Position numbers and translations under genes: made by a program. A stretch of DNA of 64,000 nucleotides, from positions 64,001-128,000 of the forward strand of contig CAVUGN010000002.1 in assembly GCA_963741095.1 (NCBI GenBank). Reading direction: 5' to 3'. Shown here piece after piece: positions 19,344 to 29,673 of the stretch (the stretch's first letter is position 1; every line of letters starts with the position of its first letter). This stretch comes from an uncultured Candidatus Micrarchaeota archaeon (GTDB lineage Archaea > Micrarchaeota > Micrarchaeia > Micrarchaeales > Micrarchaeaceae). Under the pieces are notes generated by a model. That model saw nothing but the letters and a program-made list of their open reading frames with translations. It did not search any database and had not been told where the DNA came from.

Positions 19344-19938
19344 GCAATTCGCGAACGCCGAACGGGAGATGAACCAGTTGCTGGAAGGCTCAAAGCAGTA
19401 CAAGACATCGCAGAACGCGATGTTCGCGAAGCTCAGCGACATCACCAAGATGCTCTCGAAAGGCGTAATAAAATGGGGCAGGACCAACTCGCTATGGCCT
19501 ATGCAGTTCGGCCTCGCCTGCTGCGCGATGGAGCTTCTCGACTTCGGTTCCAGCCACATAGACGCGGAAAGGAAGGGATACCTGCTTTTCAGGGCGACGC
19601 CCAGGCAGACCGACGTGATGATAGTCGCTGGCTGGGTCACGAAATCCATGGCCCCTCGCGTCAAAAGGCTGTACGAGCAGATGGCAAAGCCAAGGTATGT
19701 AATCGCTTACGGCGAGTGTGCCACTTCGGGAGGCCCATGGTTCGAGAGCTACAACATACTGAAAGGGATAGACCAGATACTGCCTGTCGATGTTTATGTT
19801 GCGGGATGCCCTCCAAAGCCGGAGAGCCTTTTCGCTGCGATGATGAAGCTACAGGAAAAGATAAGTGGTAGAAGTGCAGGAAATTCAGAGCGAAGCGTTA
19901 GTGAAAACATTAAGGGGACGGAAGTCAGCGGGCTATGA
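19306..19938 (+). CDS. nuoB: NADH-quinone oxidoreductase subunit B
   Basis: [43 protein letters not shown]. Confidence 0.95.
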   Translation: MVLLEEQRPYTDKQFANAEREMNQLLEGSKQYKTSQNAMFAKLSDITKMLSKGVIKWGRTNSLWPMQFGLACCAMELLDFGSSHIDAERKGYLLFRATPRQTDVMIVAGWVTKSMAPRVKRLYEQMAKPRYVIAYGECATSGGPWFESYNILKGIDQILPVDVYVAGCPPKPESLFAAMMKLQEKISGRSAGNSERSVSENIKGTEVSGL

Positions 19939-20248
19939 TTACCTAAAGAAGATAACCGCCGTCGACTACGTTACCTACCTCGAGGTAGTGTACATAATCT
20001 ACAATCCGGCCAAGCGCGAGCAGGAGGTCATCAAGGCAAAGCTCCCCGTAGAAAAACCTTCGATAGACACCGTGACCGAGATATACAAGGCGGCCGATTG
20101 GTACGAGCGGGAATTGTCTGAGATGTTCGGCATAAAGATAAAGGGAAGGACCGCGAAGCGCTTGCTTCTTGAGGAATGGAACGGTTCTGGTGCGCCATTG
20201 AGGAAGAGCTTCACGTGGGGCAAGGAGGATTACGAAAAGGTTGTCTGA
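19865..20248 (+). CDS. nuoC: NADH-quinone oxidoreductase subunit C
   Basis: [27 protein letters not shown]. Confidence 0.92.
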   Translation: MVEVQEIQSEALVKTLRGRKSAGYDYLKKITAVDYVTYLEVVYIIYNPAKREQEVIKAKLPVEKPSIDTVTEIYKAADWYERELSEMFGIKIKGRTAKRLLLEEWNGSGAPLRKSFTWGKEDYEKVV

Positions 20249-21345
20249 TGCCGGTAATGAGCATAAACGTCGGCACTGTGCATCCAAGCACGCACGGAGT
20301 GCTCAGGCTCCTGGTCGACGTGGACGGTGACACGATAAAAGGTGTCGAGCCGCACATAGGCTTCCTCCATCGGGGAGTGGAGAAGCTGATGGAGACGCGC
20401 ATGTACATGCAGAACCCCTCCTACACGGAAAAGCTGGATTATGTCGCCCCGCTGAGTTGGGACGAGCTCTACGTTTCCGCTGTCGAAGCGGCGCTCGGAA
20501 TAGAGGTGAAGGAAAGGGCGCAATACCTGCGTGTTATACAACTGGAATTCCAGAGGATAGCCAGCCATCTGCTCTGGCTCGGCACGTTCTCCAACGACAA
20601 CGGGCAGTTCTTCACCATGTTCATGTGGGCGTTCAGGGAGAGGGACGCGATACTCCGACTGCTGCAGGACGTATCTGGTGGCAGGATGTTCTACCTCAAC
20701 CTCCGCCTCGGCGGCTTCAAGAGCGATCTGCCGCAGGATTTCAGGAAGAGAGCGTACACGCTGACCGATTATCTCGAAGAGAAGATACTCGCGTACCCGG
20801 ATATGCTTGACGCCAACCCCGTTTTCATGGAGCGGACCAAGGGCGTCGGCGTGCTGAGCGAGAGCGCTGCCATTGATCATGGCGTTTCGGGGCCGGTGCT
20901 GCGCGCTTCAGGAGTGGAAGAGGATGCCAGGAAAAGCAGTCCCTATTACGTGTACGACAGGATAAAATTCATAACACCCACCGGGTCCCATGGCGATGTG
21001 TATGATCGTTACCGGGTCAGATACGAAGAGATGCTTCAGAGCATAAGGATAATACGGCAGGCGCTGGACATGATGCCTGACACTGGCGACATCATCGGCC
21101 TGCCGGTGAAGCTGATAGGACCGATAGCGAAACCCGACACTGTGATAGTCCAACGCGAACTGCCAAGGGGCGAAGGCCTGATCTACATGGTGCCGGACAA
21201 GCAGAAGCCCTATCGCATATCACTGCGGGCTCCGACCTTCATAAACCTCGCAGCGCTGCCGAGCATGGTCGAAGGCCAGAAGTTCGCCGATCTATTCCCA
21301 ACCCTTGGCAGCCTGGACATAATACTGGCTGAGCTCGACAGATAA
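20248..21345 (+). CDS. nuoD: NADH-quinone oxidoreductase subunit D
   Basis: HPSTHGVLRL, GFLHRGVEKL, SGPVLRASG, ELPRGE, ends LAELDR. No NiFe CxxC motifs; TGATG coupling to nuoC. Confidence 0.95.
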   Translation: MPVMSINVGTVHPSTHGVLRLLVDVDGDTIKGVEPHIGFLHRGVEKLMETRMYMQNPSYTEKLDYVAPLSWDELYVSAVEAALGIEVKERAQYLRVIQLEFQRIASHLLWLGTFSNDNGQFFTMFMWAFRERDAILRLLQDVSGGRMFYLNLRLGGFKSDLPQDFRKRAYTLTDYLEEKILAYPDMLDANPVFMERTKGVGVLSESAAIDHGVSGPVLRASGVEEDARKSSPYYVYDRIKFITPTGSHGDVYDRYRVRYEEMLQSIRIIRQALDMMPDTGDIIGLPVKLIGPIAKPDTVIVQRELPRGEGLIYMVPDKQKPYRISLRAPTFINLAALPSMVEGQKFADLFPTLGSLDIILAELDR

Positions 21346-21421
21346 CCGCTGCCGGGAGCCCACCCGCCGATCTACGTGCCGCTACTTCTATAAACTTTAA
21401 CTGGCATAACTGCTTGATAAC

Positions 21422-21766
21422 ATGGATAGGGATCAAATCGAAAAGCTCACCAAGGAGTACCAGACGCTTCAAGACCAGCTTCAGTCGGTCGCAATGCAGA
21501 AGGAGCAGTTCACAGAGATGAAGGAGGAGTTCAAGGAGGCGATGTCCGAATTGGAGAAGGCAACGGGCAAAATATACCTCTCGGTCGGCGGCGTGATAGT
21601 CGAGGTCGCGAAGGAGAAGGCTGTAAAGGACATAAAGGAGAAGCAGGATTCGACGGAGATGCGATTAGGGATAGTCGCGAAGCAGTACGAGGACCTCTCG
21701 AAGAGGGAGCAGTCCCTGAGGGCGAGCATAAACACCGCGCTCAAGGATTTCAAGGGACAAGCATGA
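21422..21766 (+). CDS. pfdB: prefoldin beta subunit
   Basis: Coiled coils flanking IYLSVGGVIVE; 114 aa. Confidence 0.88.
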   Translation: MDRDQIEKLTKEYQTLQDQLQSVAMQKEQFTEMKEEFKEAMSELEKATGKIYLSVGGVIVEVAKEKAVKDIKEKQDSTEMRLGIVAKQYEDLSKREQSLRASINTALKDFKGQA

Positions 21767-21770
21767 TAAG

Positions 21771-22763
21771 ATGAACATCATCGATTTCGAGATACTCAGA
21801 TCAACGCTGACTGATTACCGGACAAAAAGGATAATGCTCACATTCCATTCCTTGGGCGACACCGATTCGGTGTCATCCGCCTTCGGGCTTGCGGAATACT
21901 TCACCAACTCGACGATAGCGACACCGGATTTCATAACGGCGAACTCGAAGCGCATACTCGACCAGCTCGGTTTCGACCAGAACAGGGTCACGAACAAGTT
22001 CGACGACGCAGCCGACCTTGTGATAATGCTCGACGTGAACAACTTCGAGGATTGCGGCGCGTTCAAGGAGAAGCTGGAAGCGCGCAAAAAGCCGATACTG
22101 ATAATCGACCACCACGTGTCGCAGGACATGAACAAGGATAACGTGATGGTGTTCAACGACGAATTCTACAATTCGACGGCAAGCATAATCTACGAGATCC
22201 TGAAGCCCACAGGGATTATGATATCCAAGAGCATCGCGGAGCTGCTCGCCCTCGGCATCATATCAGATTCCGCCGAATTCAGGAATGCGTCATACCGGAC
22301 CTTCGAGGAGGTCGGCGAGCTTCTCAGCATCTCAAATGTCGATTACGTGTCGCTGCTGCCGATAATGCAGCACACCACCTCTGTCGATTCGAGGGAGCAG
22401 TCAATGCACGACCTGTTCAGCTCGAAGACAACGATCGTGGCGGGGCTGCTGTTCGCAAGCGGCATGGCAAAAGGGCACGCGAACCAATCCGCGGACGACG
22501 CGATAAAGGTGGGCGCGGATCTTGCACTATTCTATTCGGTGAACAAGCGGGAAGTCTCCTTCTCGGCCAGGCTAAGGCCGCCGCTTGACAAGGAACTGGG
22601 GATACACCTCGGCAAGATGATGAAGGAACTCGCGCCGATAATCGGCGGGCACGGCGGCGGACATCCCTGCGCGGCCGGCGCATACGGGCCTTCGATCCCG
22701 AAGGCGGCCGAGTTCGCCAGCAAGTTCGTAGCCGGGATATCAAAGACCGTGGACCGCAAGTAA
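21771..22763 (+). CDS. DHH/DHHA1 phosphoesterase (NrnA-like)
   Basis: HSLGDTDS, IIDHH, GIISDS, SAR, GGHGGGH. Confidence 0.88.
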   Translation: MNIIDFEILRSTLTDYRTKRIMLTFHSLGDTDSVSSAFGLAEYFTNSTIATPDFITANSKRILDQLGFDQNRVTNKFDDAADLVIMLDVNNFEDCGAFKEKLEARKKPILIIDHHVSQDMNKDNVMVFNDEFYNSTASIIYEILKPTGIMISKSIAELLALGIISDSAEFRNASYRTFEEVGELLSISNVDYVSLLPIMQHTTSVDSREQSMHDLFSSKTTIVAGLLFASGMAKGHANQSADDAIKVGADLALFYSVNKREVSFSARLRPPLDKELGIHLGKMMKELAPIIGGHGGGHPCAAGAYGPSIPKAAEFASKFVAGISKTVDRK

Positions 22764-22786
22764 CGCTAAAAGACAAAGGTCAATCC

Positions 22787-23980
22787 ATGAAGCTGGCAAT
22801 CGTCTCAGATTTGCACATAGGGCACGAGAAATTCGCAGAGGACGCGATCAACCAGGCAAGAGAAGCAATGGAGCTCGCCTGCTCCATGTCCGATGCAATA
22901 CTCCTTCCGGGCGACATCTTCGACAAGCGTTCCCCGAAGCCTGATGTTATAGCGCAGGCGATAAACCTGTTCAGGGACATCTCGAAGAAAAGCTGGAACG
23001 CAAAGGTCGTCTCATTCAGCGGCAAGGCGCACACAAACATACCCGTCGTAGCGATCTCCGGCACCCACGAGCGCACGATGGAGGGCAAGGACAATCCGCT
23101 CAACCTGCTCGCGCTGGCCGGATTGCTGGTCGACACGAGCGAGGCCACCACGATCATAGAGAAGGGTGGGGAAAAGGTTGCGGTCTTCGGATTGGGCGGT
23201 CTGTCCGAGGAGCGCGTCAAGGAGAAGCTGAACGAGCTCGATCCGAAGCCTGTGCAAGGCGCGTTCAACATCTTCATGTTCCACCAGTCCGTCTACGAGC
23301 TATTGCCGTTCAACGAAGACGTAATACACTACAGCGACCTGCCCAACGGCTTCGACCTCTACGTCTGCGGGCACATCCACACGAGGATAGAAGACACCGT
23401 CCACGGCAAGAAATTGCTGATACCCGGCAGCACAGTGCTCACCCAACTGAAGGACGGCGAGCAGGAGCCGAAGGGTTTCATAATCTACGACACCGAGAAA
23501 CAGACCTACGAGTTCAAGCACATAAACTCCAGGGAGTTCGTCCATCGGACCATCCGCTTCGAGGGCGCAGAGCCGAAGGACGTGCTCGAGAAGAGCGAAA
23601 AGGAGATCGCTTCGATACTCGCGAGCAGCAAGGGCAAGCCGATAATCCGGCTGAGCCTGGAGGGCACGATAAAGGACGGCTTCACCAACCTTGACATGCC
23701 GATCCAGTCCATAACCGGCAGGTATTCCAGCAAGGCGATACTCAGCATAGACGCGTCAAGGCTCGTCAGCCCCGCAGTCGAGGACAGCATAGAAGACATC
23801 AGGGGCAACAGGGCAGGGAGCCTGCCGATAAAGGAACTGGGCATGGGACTGTTCATATCGAAGCTCAAGGACCTCAAGTTCGGCGACCCCACAAAGGCTT
23901 CAGAACTGTTCGAGATATTGAGCAGCTCCTCGAGCAAGGACAAAGTGATAAAGGAAGCGGAGGAATTCCTCAATCCCTGA
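22787..23980 (+). CDS. mre11: DNA double-strand break repair nuclease Mre11
   Basis: SDLHIG, GDIFD, GTHE, FMFHQ, GHIH, PGS. Confidence 0.88.
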   Translation: MKLAIVSDLHIGHEKFAEDAINQAREAMELACSMSDAILLPGDIFDKRSPKPDVIAQAINLFRDISKKSWNAKVVSFSGKAHTNIPVVAISGTHERTMEGKDNPLNLLALAGLLVDTSEATTIIEKGGEKVAVFGLGGLSEERVKEKLNELDPKPVQGAFNIFMFHQSVYELLPFNEDVIHYSDLPNGFDLYVCGHIHTRIEDTVHGKKLLIPGSTVLTQLKDGEQEPKGFIIYDTEKQTYEFKHINSREFVHRTIRFEGAEPKDVLEKSEKEIASILASSKGKPIIRLSLEGTIKDGFTNLDMPIQSITGRYSSKAILSIDASRLVSPAVEDSIEDIRGNRAGSLPIKELGMGLFISKLKDLKFGDPTKASELFEILSSSSSKDKVIKEAEEFLNP

Positions 23981-24763
23981 TCAGCTCAGCATCGATTCCT
24001 TCTTGAACCTCTTTATAGCCACGTAGACTATGAGGCAATCCGCGACTATCAGGACCAGTATCAGGTAGAACATGAAAAGGAACGTTATCTTGGTCTCGCC
24101 GAATATGGCGGCGAAAGGCAGCAAAAGAACGGGCAGCACAAGTAGCGAGCTGATCTGCTGCGCCTCCTTTATGCTCTTCACGTTCGAAGAGACGAAGACG
24201 ACTATGCCCATGCCGGCTATCGCGAGCAGCGGCGAAGCCGCAAGCATCATCAGCCAGGGTACGGTGGGCAGCACATAGGCATGGAACTGCCCATAGGAAA
24301 GGAAATCGACCATAAGGCCGTACAGCGTGAACACAAAGACCGTCAATATCACCGCAGGCAGGAATGACGCAAGCAGTTTGCCAACCAAAAGCTCGTTATC
24401 GCTTATGGGCATAGAGAGAAGCGCCTCACCGGTCTTCCTCTCCTTCTCGCCGACGAAGCTGTCCGCGGCTATGACAGAGGCGGTGAATATCGGCATCGTC
24501 ATGAATATCGGGCCGAGCACGTTGACCGCAAAGAAGAGCGTGAAGGCTATGCTCTTGAGATACATGTCGTTCGCCTGGACTGGCAGCTGCACGAGGGCAA
24601 GCGCGGTCGCAGGCGCGGCTGTTGTAGCGATGTAGAGCGTAAGAGCCGGCAGCACGATCGCAAAGAACATTGGCACTCCGAACATCGGCCCGTATATCCC
24701 TATGTTGCTGAACACCTCCTTGAGGTCCTTCATCGCCACTGCATAAGCGTTTTGGAAGTTCAT
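23981..24763 (-). CDS. ABC-2 type transporter permease
   Basis: AADSFVGEKERKTGEALL..P, GKLLAS; about six TM segments. Confidence 0.9.
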   Translation of the reverse strand: MNFQNAYAVAMKDLKEVFSNIGIYGPMFGVPMFFAIVLPALTLYIATTAAPATALALVQLPVQANDMYLKSIAFTLFFAVNVLGPIFMTMPIFTASVIAADSFVGEKERKTGEALLSMPISDNELLVGKLLASFLPAVILTVFVFTLYGLMVDFLSYGQFHAYVLPTVPWLMMLAASPLLAIAGMGIVVFVSSNVKSIKEAQQISSLLVLPVLLLPFAAIFGETKITFLFMFYLILVLIVADCLIVYVAIKRFKKESMLS

Positions 24764-25671
24764 CTCTTTCCACCAAAGACAAGCTTTTCGAGCGCGGGCT
24801 CAGCATAGTCAACGCCCACCACGTACGCGCCGCCGTCGACCAGCGTCTTTATCATCCTGCTGACCTCGCCGTAGCTGTTGACCCTGACTCTTATGAGCGT
24901 CGGATTCTTCGCGTTCTTCCAGACCACGTTCCTTACGCCTTCCAAGAGCTTCTCGCCCATGGGCCTGGCAAGTCTCACACTCACCTCAATGCCCTTGAAT
25001 ATCGTGCCGTAAAGCCCCTCGACCGTGGTCTCGCTCACCAGTTTTCCCTCCCGTATCACAAGTATCCTGGAATTCAGCCTCGTGACCTCGTCCAGCCTCT
25101 GCGTCACGAACATTATCGTTTTGCCTTCCCTCTCCAGGTCCTGGATGTGGCTTCTGACGACATCGGACGCGCTCGCGTCCAGGAAAGCGGTGGGCTCGTC
25201 AAGGAGGAGGACCTGTGCGTCGTTGAGCATCGACCTGCAGAATGCGACTTTCTGCTTCGTGCCCCTGCTCAGCGTTTCGACTTTGGCGTCCATGTACTGC
25301 CCGAGATTGAGCTCTTTCGTGACGATGGCGCTTTTTTTGATGGCTTCTTCACCATGCAATCCGTGGAACCTGCCGAAGAATTTGAGGTTGTCCTTCACGC
25401 TCAAGAAATCGTAGAGCCCGTAGACGTCTGCCAGCAGCGATATCCTGAGCCTCGCATGCGCATCGGTGTAGGGATCGGCATCAAGCACCCTCACCTCTCC
25501 GCCGCTAGGAAGGTAGAGGCCGTCTATGCACTTCAGCAGCGTGCTCTTTCCTGCCCCGTTCGGGCCGAGGATTATGTTTATCCCTCTCTTCGAGGAGAAG
25601 TTGACTCCCTTCAGGGCCGTGTTGTTGCCGAACCTCTTCACGAGATTCCTTACAGCGATGTCGCTCTGCAT
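24760..25671 (-). CDS. ABC transporter ATP-binding protein
   Basis: GPNGAGKST, LSRGTKQK, LLLDEPT. Confidence 0.93.
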   Translation of the reverse strand: MQSDIAVRNLVKRFGNNTALKGVNFSSKRGINIILGPNGAGKSTLLKCIDGLYLPSGGEVRVLDADPYTDAHARLRISLLADVYGLYDFLSVKDNLKFFGRFHGLHGEEAIKKSAIVTKELNLGQYMDAKVETLSRGTKQKVAFCRSMLNDAQVLLLDEPTAFLDASASDVVRSHIQDLEREGKTIMFVTQRLDEVTRLNSRILVIREGKLVSETTVEGLYGTIFKGIEVSVRLARPMGEKLLEGVRNVVWKNAKNPTLIRVRVNSYGEVSRMIKTLVDGGAYVVGVDYAEPALEKLVFGGKR

Positions 25672-25737
25672 GCTACAACATAACACAAAAAGTATAATAT
25701 CCTGAGTGCCCTGCGCGTGTTGTTGCCGGCCAGAAGA

Positions 25738-25992
25738 TCATTTCTTCCGCGGCGCCTTCCTCTGCTCTTTTTCCTCCATCCCGAGGGTCTTATTGACCAG
25801 CTCCTTGTCCTTTACGTCTATCATCTCCTTCAGGAACTCCAGATGGTTGGTGTTGCACCTCCTCTCCTTCGGCCTCACCGCAGTAACAATGTTCACGAAG
25901 TTGTTGTCAAGAACCTTCGTCACGACCGCCCTGCTGCCCGCGTCCCTCCCGTACTTCTTTATGCATACCCTGCCTACTTCTATCAGTGCCAT
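25738..25992 (-). CDS. rpl14e: 50S ribosomal protein L14e (own ATG with SD-like GAGTGA)
   Basis: IEVGRVCIKKYGRDAG..., RRCNTNHLE. Confidence 0.9.
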   Translation of the reverse strand: MALIEVGRVCIKKYGRDAGSRAVVTKVLDNNFVNIVTAVRPKERRCNTNHLEFLKEMIDVKDKELVNKTLGMEEKEQRKAPRKK

Positions 25993-26565
25993 TCGCTCAC
26001 TCGTTTTCGTTTTTCTATTTTTTATGAACTCTATAAGTATGTCCGCGACCTTGTCGGCGTCTATGTTGTCCGTGTCGATGTTGATGTCGAAGGGCGCGAG
26101 GTCCTTCCCGAACTCTATGCCGTACAGGCTCTTGTAGAGCTTGTAGTTCTTCTCGTCGCGCTGCTTGACTATCTCGATGCACGCGTCAAGAGATGTCTTG
26201 TCCCTCTCCGACATTCTTTCGGCCCTCTTCTCCGCGCTCCCGGAGAGCCAGACCTTTATGCCGTAATCGCAGATCCACGGCATCGTGTAGCTTGTTATCA
26301 CGACGTCGCCGATCTTCGCCTTCTTTATCAGCAGCGCATCCGCCCTCTTGTCGAAGTCGCTTATCTGCTTGCGGCGTTCCATGAACTTCATGCCTTCAGG
26401 AGTGTCCCACCAGCCCTCGCCGGTGACCTTGAAGCCAAGCTCCTCCGCCATCTCCTTGAGTACGTCCCCTCCGCCGACAACCTTGAGGCCCAGCTTCTTG
26501 GCTACTATGCCCCCTACGGTCGTCTTACCAGCGGCTGGCAGCCCCGAGATGATTATGGCGTCCAT
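25738..26565 (-). CDS. cmk: cytidylate kinase read in frame into ribosomal protein L14e (apparent fusion)
   Basis: IIISGLPAAGKTT...YKSLYGI (archaeal Cmk) continues without a stop into MALIEVGRVC (L14e). Confidence 0.85.
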   Translation of the reverse strand: MDAIIISGLPAAGKTTVGGIVAKKLGLKVVGGGDVLKEMAEELGFKVTGEGWWDTPEGMKFMERRKQISDFDKRADALLIKKAKIGDVVITSYTMPWICDYGIKVWLSGSAEKRAERMSERDKTSLDACIEIVKQRDEKNYKLYKSLYGIEFGKDLAPFDINIDTDNIDADKVADILIEFIKNRKTKTSERMALIEVGRVCIKKYGRDAGSRAVVTKVLDNNFVNIVTAVRPKERRCNTNHLEFLKEMIDVKDKELVNKTLGMEEKEQRKAPRKK

Positions 26566-26574
26566 GAAAACAGA

Positions 26575-26892
26575 TCAATGAGCTACCAATTGTAGCACGA
26601 AAGTCCTCTGCTTTATGCTTATGTCGTCGAGCTTCATGTCCCCCTGCTCTATGCGGCTGCCCATCTTTATCACGTCGGCAGTGCACTTCGCGCAAAGGGT
26701 GCCTCCGAACAGCCTGCTCGTGGTCTTCCTCGACTTGCCGCCCTTCAGGCTTATCCCGCTCAGCTCCTTCCTGCATATCGCGCAGTGCGGCATCGAGCTC
26801 TTGGCTCTCCTGTAGTGCACCACGTTCCTGCCCGTCGGGGTGACCCTGCTCATTCTCTTGAAGCTTGTTGACCTGTGCATTGGTTTTGGCAT
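26575..26892 (-). CDS. rpl34e: 50S ribosomal protein L34e
   Basis: RVTPTGR, CAIC, RLFGGTLCAKC. Confidence 0.93.
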   Translation of the reverse strand: MPKPMHRSTSFKRMSRVTPTGRNVVHYRRAKSSMPHCAICRKELSGISLKGGKSRKTTSRLFGGTLCAKCTADVIKMGSRIEQGDMKLDDISIKQRTFVLQLVAH

Positions 26893-26900
26893 ATAAGCAC

Positions 26901-27425
26901 CTACGCGTGGGCTTTTGCGCCCAGCTCTCCCTTCTCTGCCTTCTCAAGGTTCTGTTCATCGGCCTGCAGCAATTTCTCTTCCTTCTTCGTCATTGCCCGG
27001 TCGTAGAGAAGTATAATCATCGATGAAACGAGGCCCAGTATGAGCACCGTGTAGAAGAATATGGACTGGCCGTTCTTCGCGGTCATGCCTATCGCCAAAA
27101 GCAGCGCTGGCAGTACCAGGTAATAGACCACCAGGAAGACCGGCATGACAACAAGCATGGGCTTCATCGAAGTCCTCATGCTCTCGCTCATGAGCTTCAT
27201 GACCTCACTCTGCTTCGCGGCCTGCTGGTCCTTCGAGGCGTTGTTCCTGACCATCGTGTTGAGCTCGTTGGTCATCGTCTTTATCTGCGACTGTATCTGC
27301 CGCATGCGCTTCGGGTTCGTGAGCTTCCTCTGGAGCAGCACCGAAGCTACCGTGTAGAGCGCGCCTATGATTATGACTATGATCTCGGCCCCGTAAGGAA
27401 GCGAGATCGCAAGAATGCCCATCAT
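26901..27425 (-). CDS. DUF106 / EMC3-TMCO1 (Oxa1 superfamily) membrane protein
   Basis: TM-coiled coil-TM-TM layout, MKPM motif, conserved position between adk and rpl34e. Confidence 0.85.
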   Translation of the reverse strand: MMGILAISLPYGAEIIVIIIGALYTVASVLLQRKLTNPKRMRQIQSQIKTMTNELNTMVRNNASKDQQAAKQSEVMKLMSESMRTSMKPMLVVMPVFLVVYYLVLPALLLAIGMTAKNGQSIFFYTVLILGLVSSMIILLYDRAMTKKEEKLLQADEQNLEKAEKGELGAKAHA

Positions 27426-28015
27426 TGTTCACCGAATATCTCCTTGAGGCAGGCCTTCATCCTCTCCTTGCTGTCCTCAAGCATGTTCTGCCTGTTGAAT
27501 ATTACGTACAACGGGATATTTAAGCAGGAAGAATAGTACGAGAGCGCCGAGATGTTCACCAGCCTCTGCGTGTCTATGTAGACCGGATCCTCCTCGCTCC
27601 TCTTTCGGGTGCCGTCCGTCCTCCTCCTCTCGAGGATTCGGTCCGTGTGCGCATCGACGTAGATGAAGCCCTTCAGGTCCTTTATCAACCGAAGCGATTC
27701 CATCGGCAGCCCCGGCACGTACCTCCCGGTGCCCTCCGCCTCTATGGAACCGTGCGTGTCAACCACGACGTTGCCCTTCAGCGCGCCTATCTTCGCGAAC
27801 GCCTTGTTCCTGAGTTCCGAGTACTGCTCCGCGTTGCTCTTGTGCCTCAGGTCGTCGCGGCCCGCCGCGAACTTGTCCTTCGATGCGAACTCCAGCATTA
27901 TCGTGCCGACGCTCACAAGGGTGAAGTTCTTGTCTTCGGCTATGCTGCTCAATAGCGTCGACTTGCCTGCTCCCGGCGTCCCTGTTACGATTACGGTTCC
28001 TGGCACTAACAACAT
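27422..28015 (-). CDS. adkA: archaeal adenylate kinase
   Basis: VTGTPGAGKST, RDDLR, VVDTH, YVPGLP, RR..D..R.R. Confidence 0.88.
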   Translation of the reverse strand: MLLVPGTVIVTGTPGAGKSTLLSSIAEDKNFTLVSVGTIMLEFASKDKFAAGRDDLRHKSNAEQYSELRNKAFAKIGALKGNVVVDTHGSIEAEGTGRYVPGLPMESLRLIKDLKGFIYVDAHTDRILERRRTDGTRKRSEEDPVYIDTQRLVNISALSYYSSCLNIPLYVIFNRQNMLEDSKERMKACLKEIFGEQ

Positions 28016-28017
28016 CT

Positions 28018-29673
28018 TTAATCCTCTCCGCCCGGCATGCCGCCTCCCATTCCGCCCGGGCCGCCGCTTGGTGCCCTGCTCCTGGAGCTTATCATGTCGT
28101 CGATCCTCAGTATTATCTCAGCGGCCTCGCTGGCGCTCGTTATCGCCTGCTTCTTCACGCTCATCGGCTCGAAGACCCCGAGCTTGCTCATGTCGCCTAT
28201 CGCGTTGCTGAATATGTTCACGCCGTAGACGTAGCCGTCCTTCGCCTTGTGCTTCGTCCTCAGGCTCACGAGCGTGTCTATCGCGTCCATCCCCGCGCTC
28301 TCCGAGAGCGTCTTCGGCACAATTTCGACAGCGTCTGCGAACTTCTGTATTGCGAGCTGCTCCCTTCCGCCTACGTCGCTCGAGTAGTTCCTCAGCCCGT
28401 TCGCTATGTCAACCTCTATGCTGCCCCCTCCGACGACGTAGCGCCCGTTCTCGACCACGCTCGAAATCGCGCCTATCACGTCAGTTATGGACCTCTCTGC
28501 CTCATCCACGACCTGCTGCGTGCCTCCCCTTACGAATATGGTCACGCTCTTCGGGTCCTTGCACTTCTCGACGAACACCATGTGTTCGCCGCTTATCTTC
28601 CTTTCCTCGACCATTCCGGCCCAGCCGAGATCGTCAGCCTTAAGGTCATCGAGGCTCGTGGTTATCTTGGCCTTGGTGGCCCTCGCCAGCTTCTCGATAT
28701 CGCTCTTCTTTATGCGCCTTATCGCTATTATTCCGGCCTTTGCCAGGAAGTGCTGCGCCACGTCGTCTATGCCCTTCTGCGTGAAGACGACAGTCGCTCC
28801 GCTCTTCTTTATCTTCTCGACCATCTCCCTGAGCGTCCTCTCCTCCTGTTGGAGGAAGGCCTGCATCTGCTCCGGCGACGTGATCTCTATCCTCGCATCT
28901 GTCTCCGTCTTCTCTATCTCCAGAGCGACGTCGAGCAGCGCTATCTTCGCGTTGGCCATCGACTTCGGCATGCCCGGATGCGCTATCTCCTTGTCTATCA
29001 GGACGCCGTTTATGAACTGCGTGTCGCTGACGGAGCCTCCCGACTTCTTCTCGAGCTTTATGAAATCATGGTCGATTATGGTCTTGCCGTCCGCGCTCTT
29101 GTCCATGACCTGCTTTACCGCCCTTATGACGAGCTTTCCCAATTCGAGCTTCGTCTTGTCGTCGCCGACGTTCTTCGAGCCCATCGAGACGGCCGCGATC
29201 CTCTGCAGCGTCTGCTCGTCGCTCACGTCGAGCTTCATCGACTTCTCCTCAAGTATCTCTCCGGCCTTCTCCGCGGCCATCTTGTAGCCCTTTACTATGG
29301 TCGTCGGGTGTATGCCCTGCTCCAGCAGGTCTCCCGCTCCCTTGAGGAGCTCTCCAGCCATTATCACGACCGTGGTGGTGCCGTCGCCGACCTCCTTGTC
29401 CTGCGTCTTCGCTATGTCGACCATTATCTTCGCGACCGGGTGCTCGACGTTCATCTCCTGGAGTATCGTCGCCCCGTCGTTCGTTATCACTATGTCTCCG
29501 AGGTCGCTGACCATCATCTTGTCCATGCCCTTCGGGCCGAGTGTGGTCTTGACCGCACTTGCAACCGCCACTGCGACCGCTATGTTGGTCCTCTGTGCAT
29601 CCCTGCCCAGAAGCCTTGTAGCCCCTTCCGGAAGCAAAAGAACCTGTTGTCCGCCTAATTGGTTTTCAGCCAT
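28018..29673 (-). CDS. ths: thermosome (group II chaperonin) subunit
   Basis: [26 protein letters not shown] tail. Confidence 0.97.
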   Translation of the reverse strand: MAENQLGGQQVLLLPEGATRLLGRDAQRTNIAVAVAVASAVKTTLGPKGMDKMMVSDLGDIVITNDGATILQEMNVEHPVAKIMVDIAKTQDKEVGDGTTTVVIMAGELLKGAGDLLEQGIHPTTIVKGYKMAAEKAGEILEEKSMKLDVSDEQTLQRIAAVSMGSKNVGDDKTKLELGKLVIRAVKQVMDKSADGKTIIDHDFIKLEKKSGGSVSDTQFINGVLIDKEIAHPGMPKSMANAKIALLDVALEIEKTETDARIEITSPEQMQAFLQQEERTLREMVEKIKKSGATVVFTQKGIDDVAQHFLAKAGIIAIRRIKKSDIEKLARATKAKITTSLDDLKADDLGWAGMVEERKISGEHMVFVEKCKDPKSVTIFVRGGTQQVVDEAERSITDVIGAISSVVENGRYVVGGGSIEVDIANGLRNYSSDVGGREQLAIQKFADAVEIVPKTLSESAGMDAIDTLVSLRTKHKAKDGYVYGVNIFSNAIGDMSKLGVFEPMSVKKQAITSASEAAEIILRIDDMISSRSRAPSGGPGGMGGGMPGGED

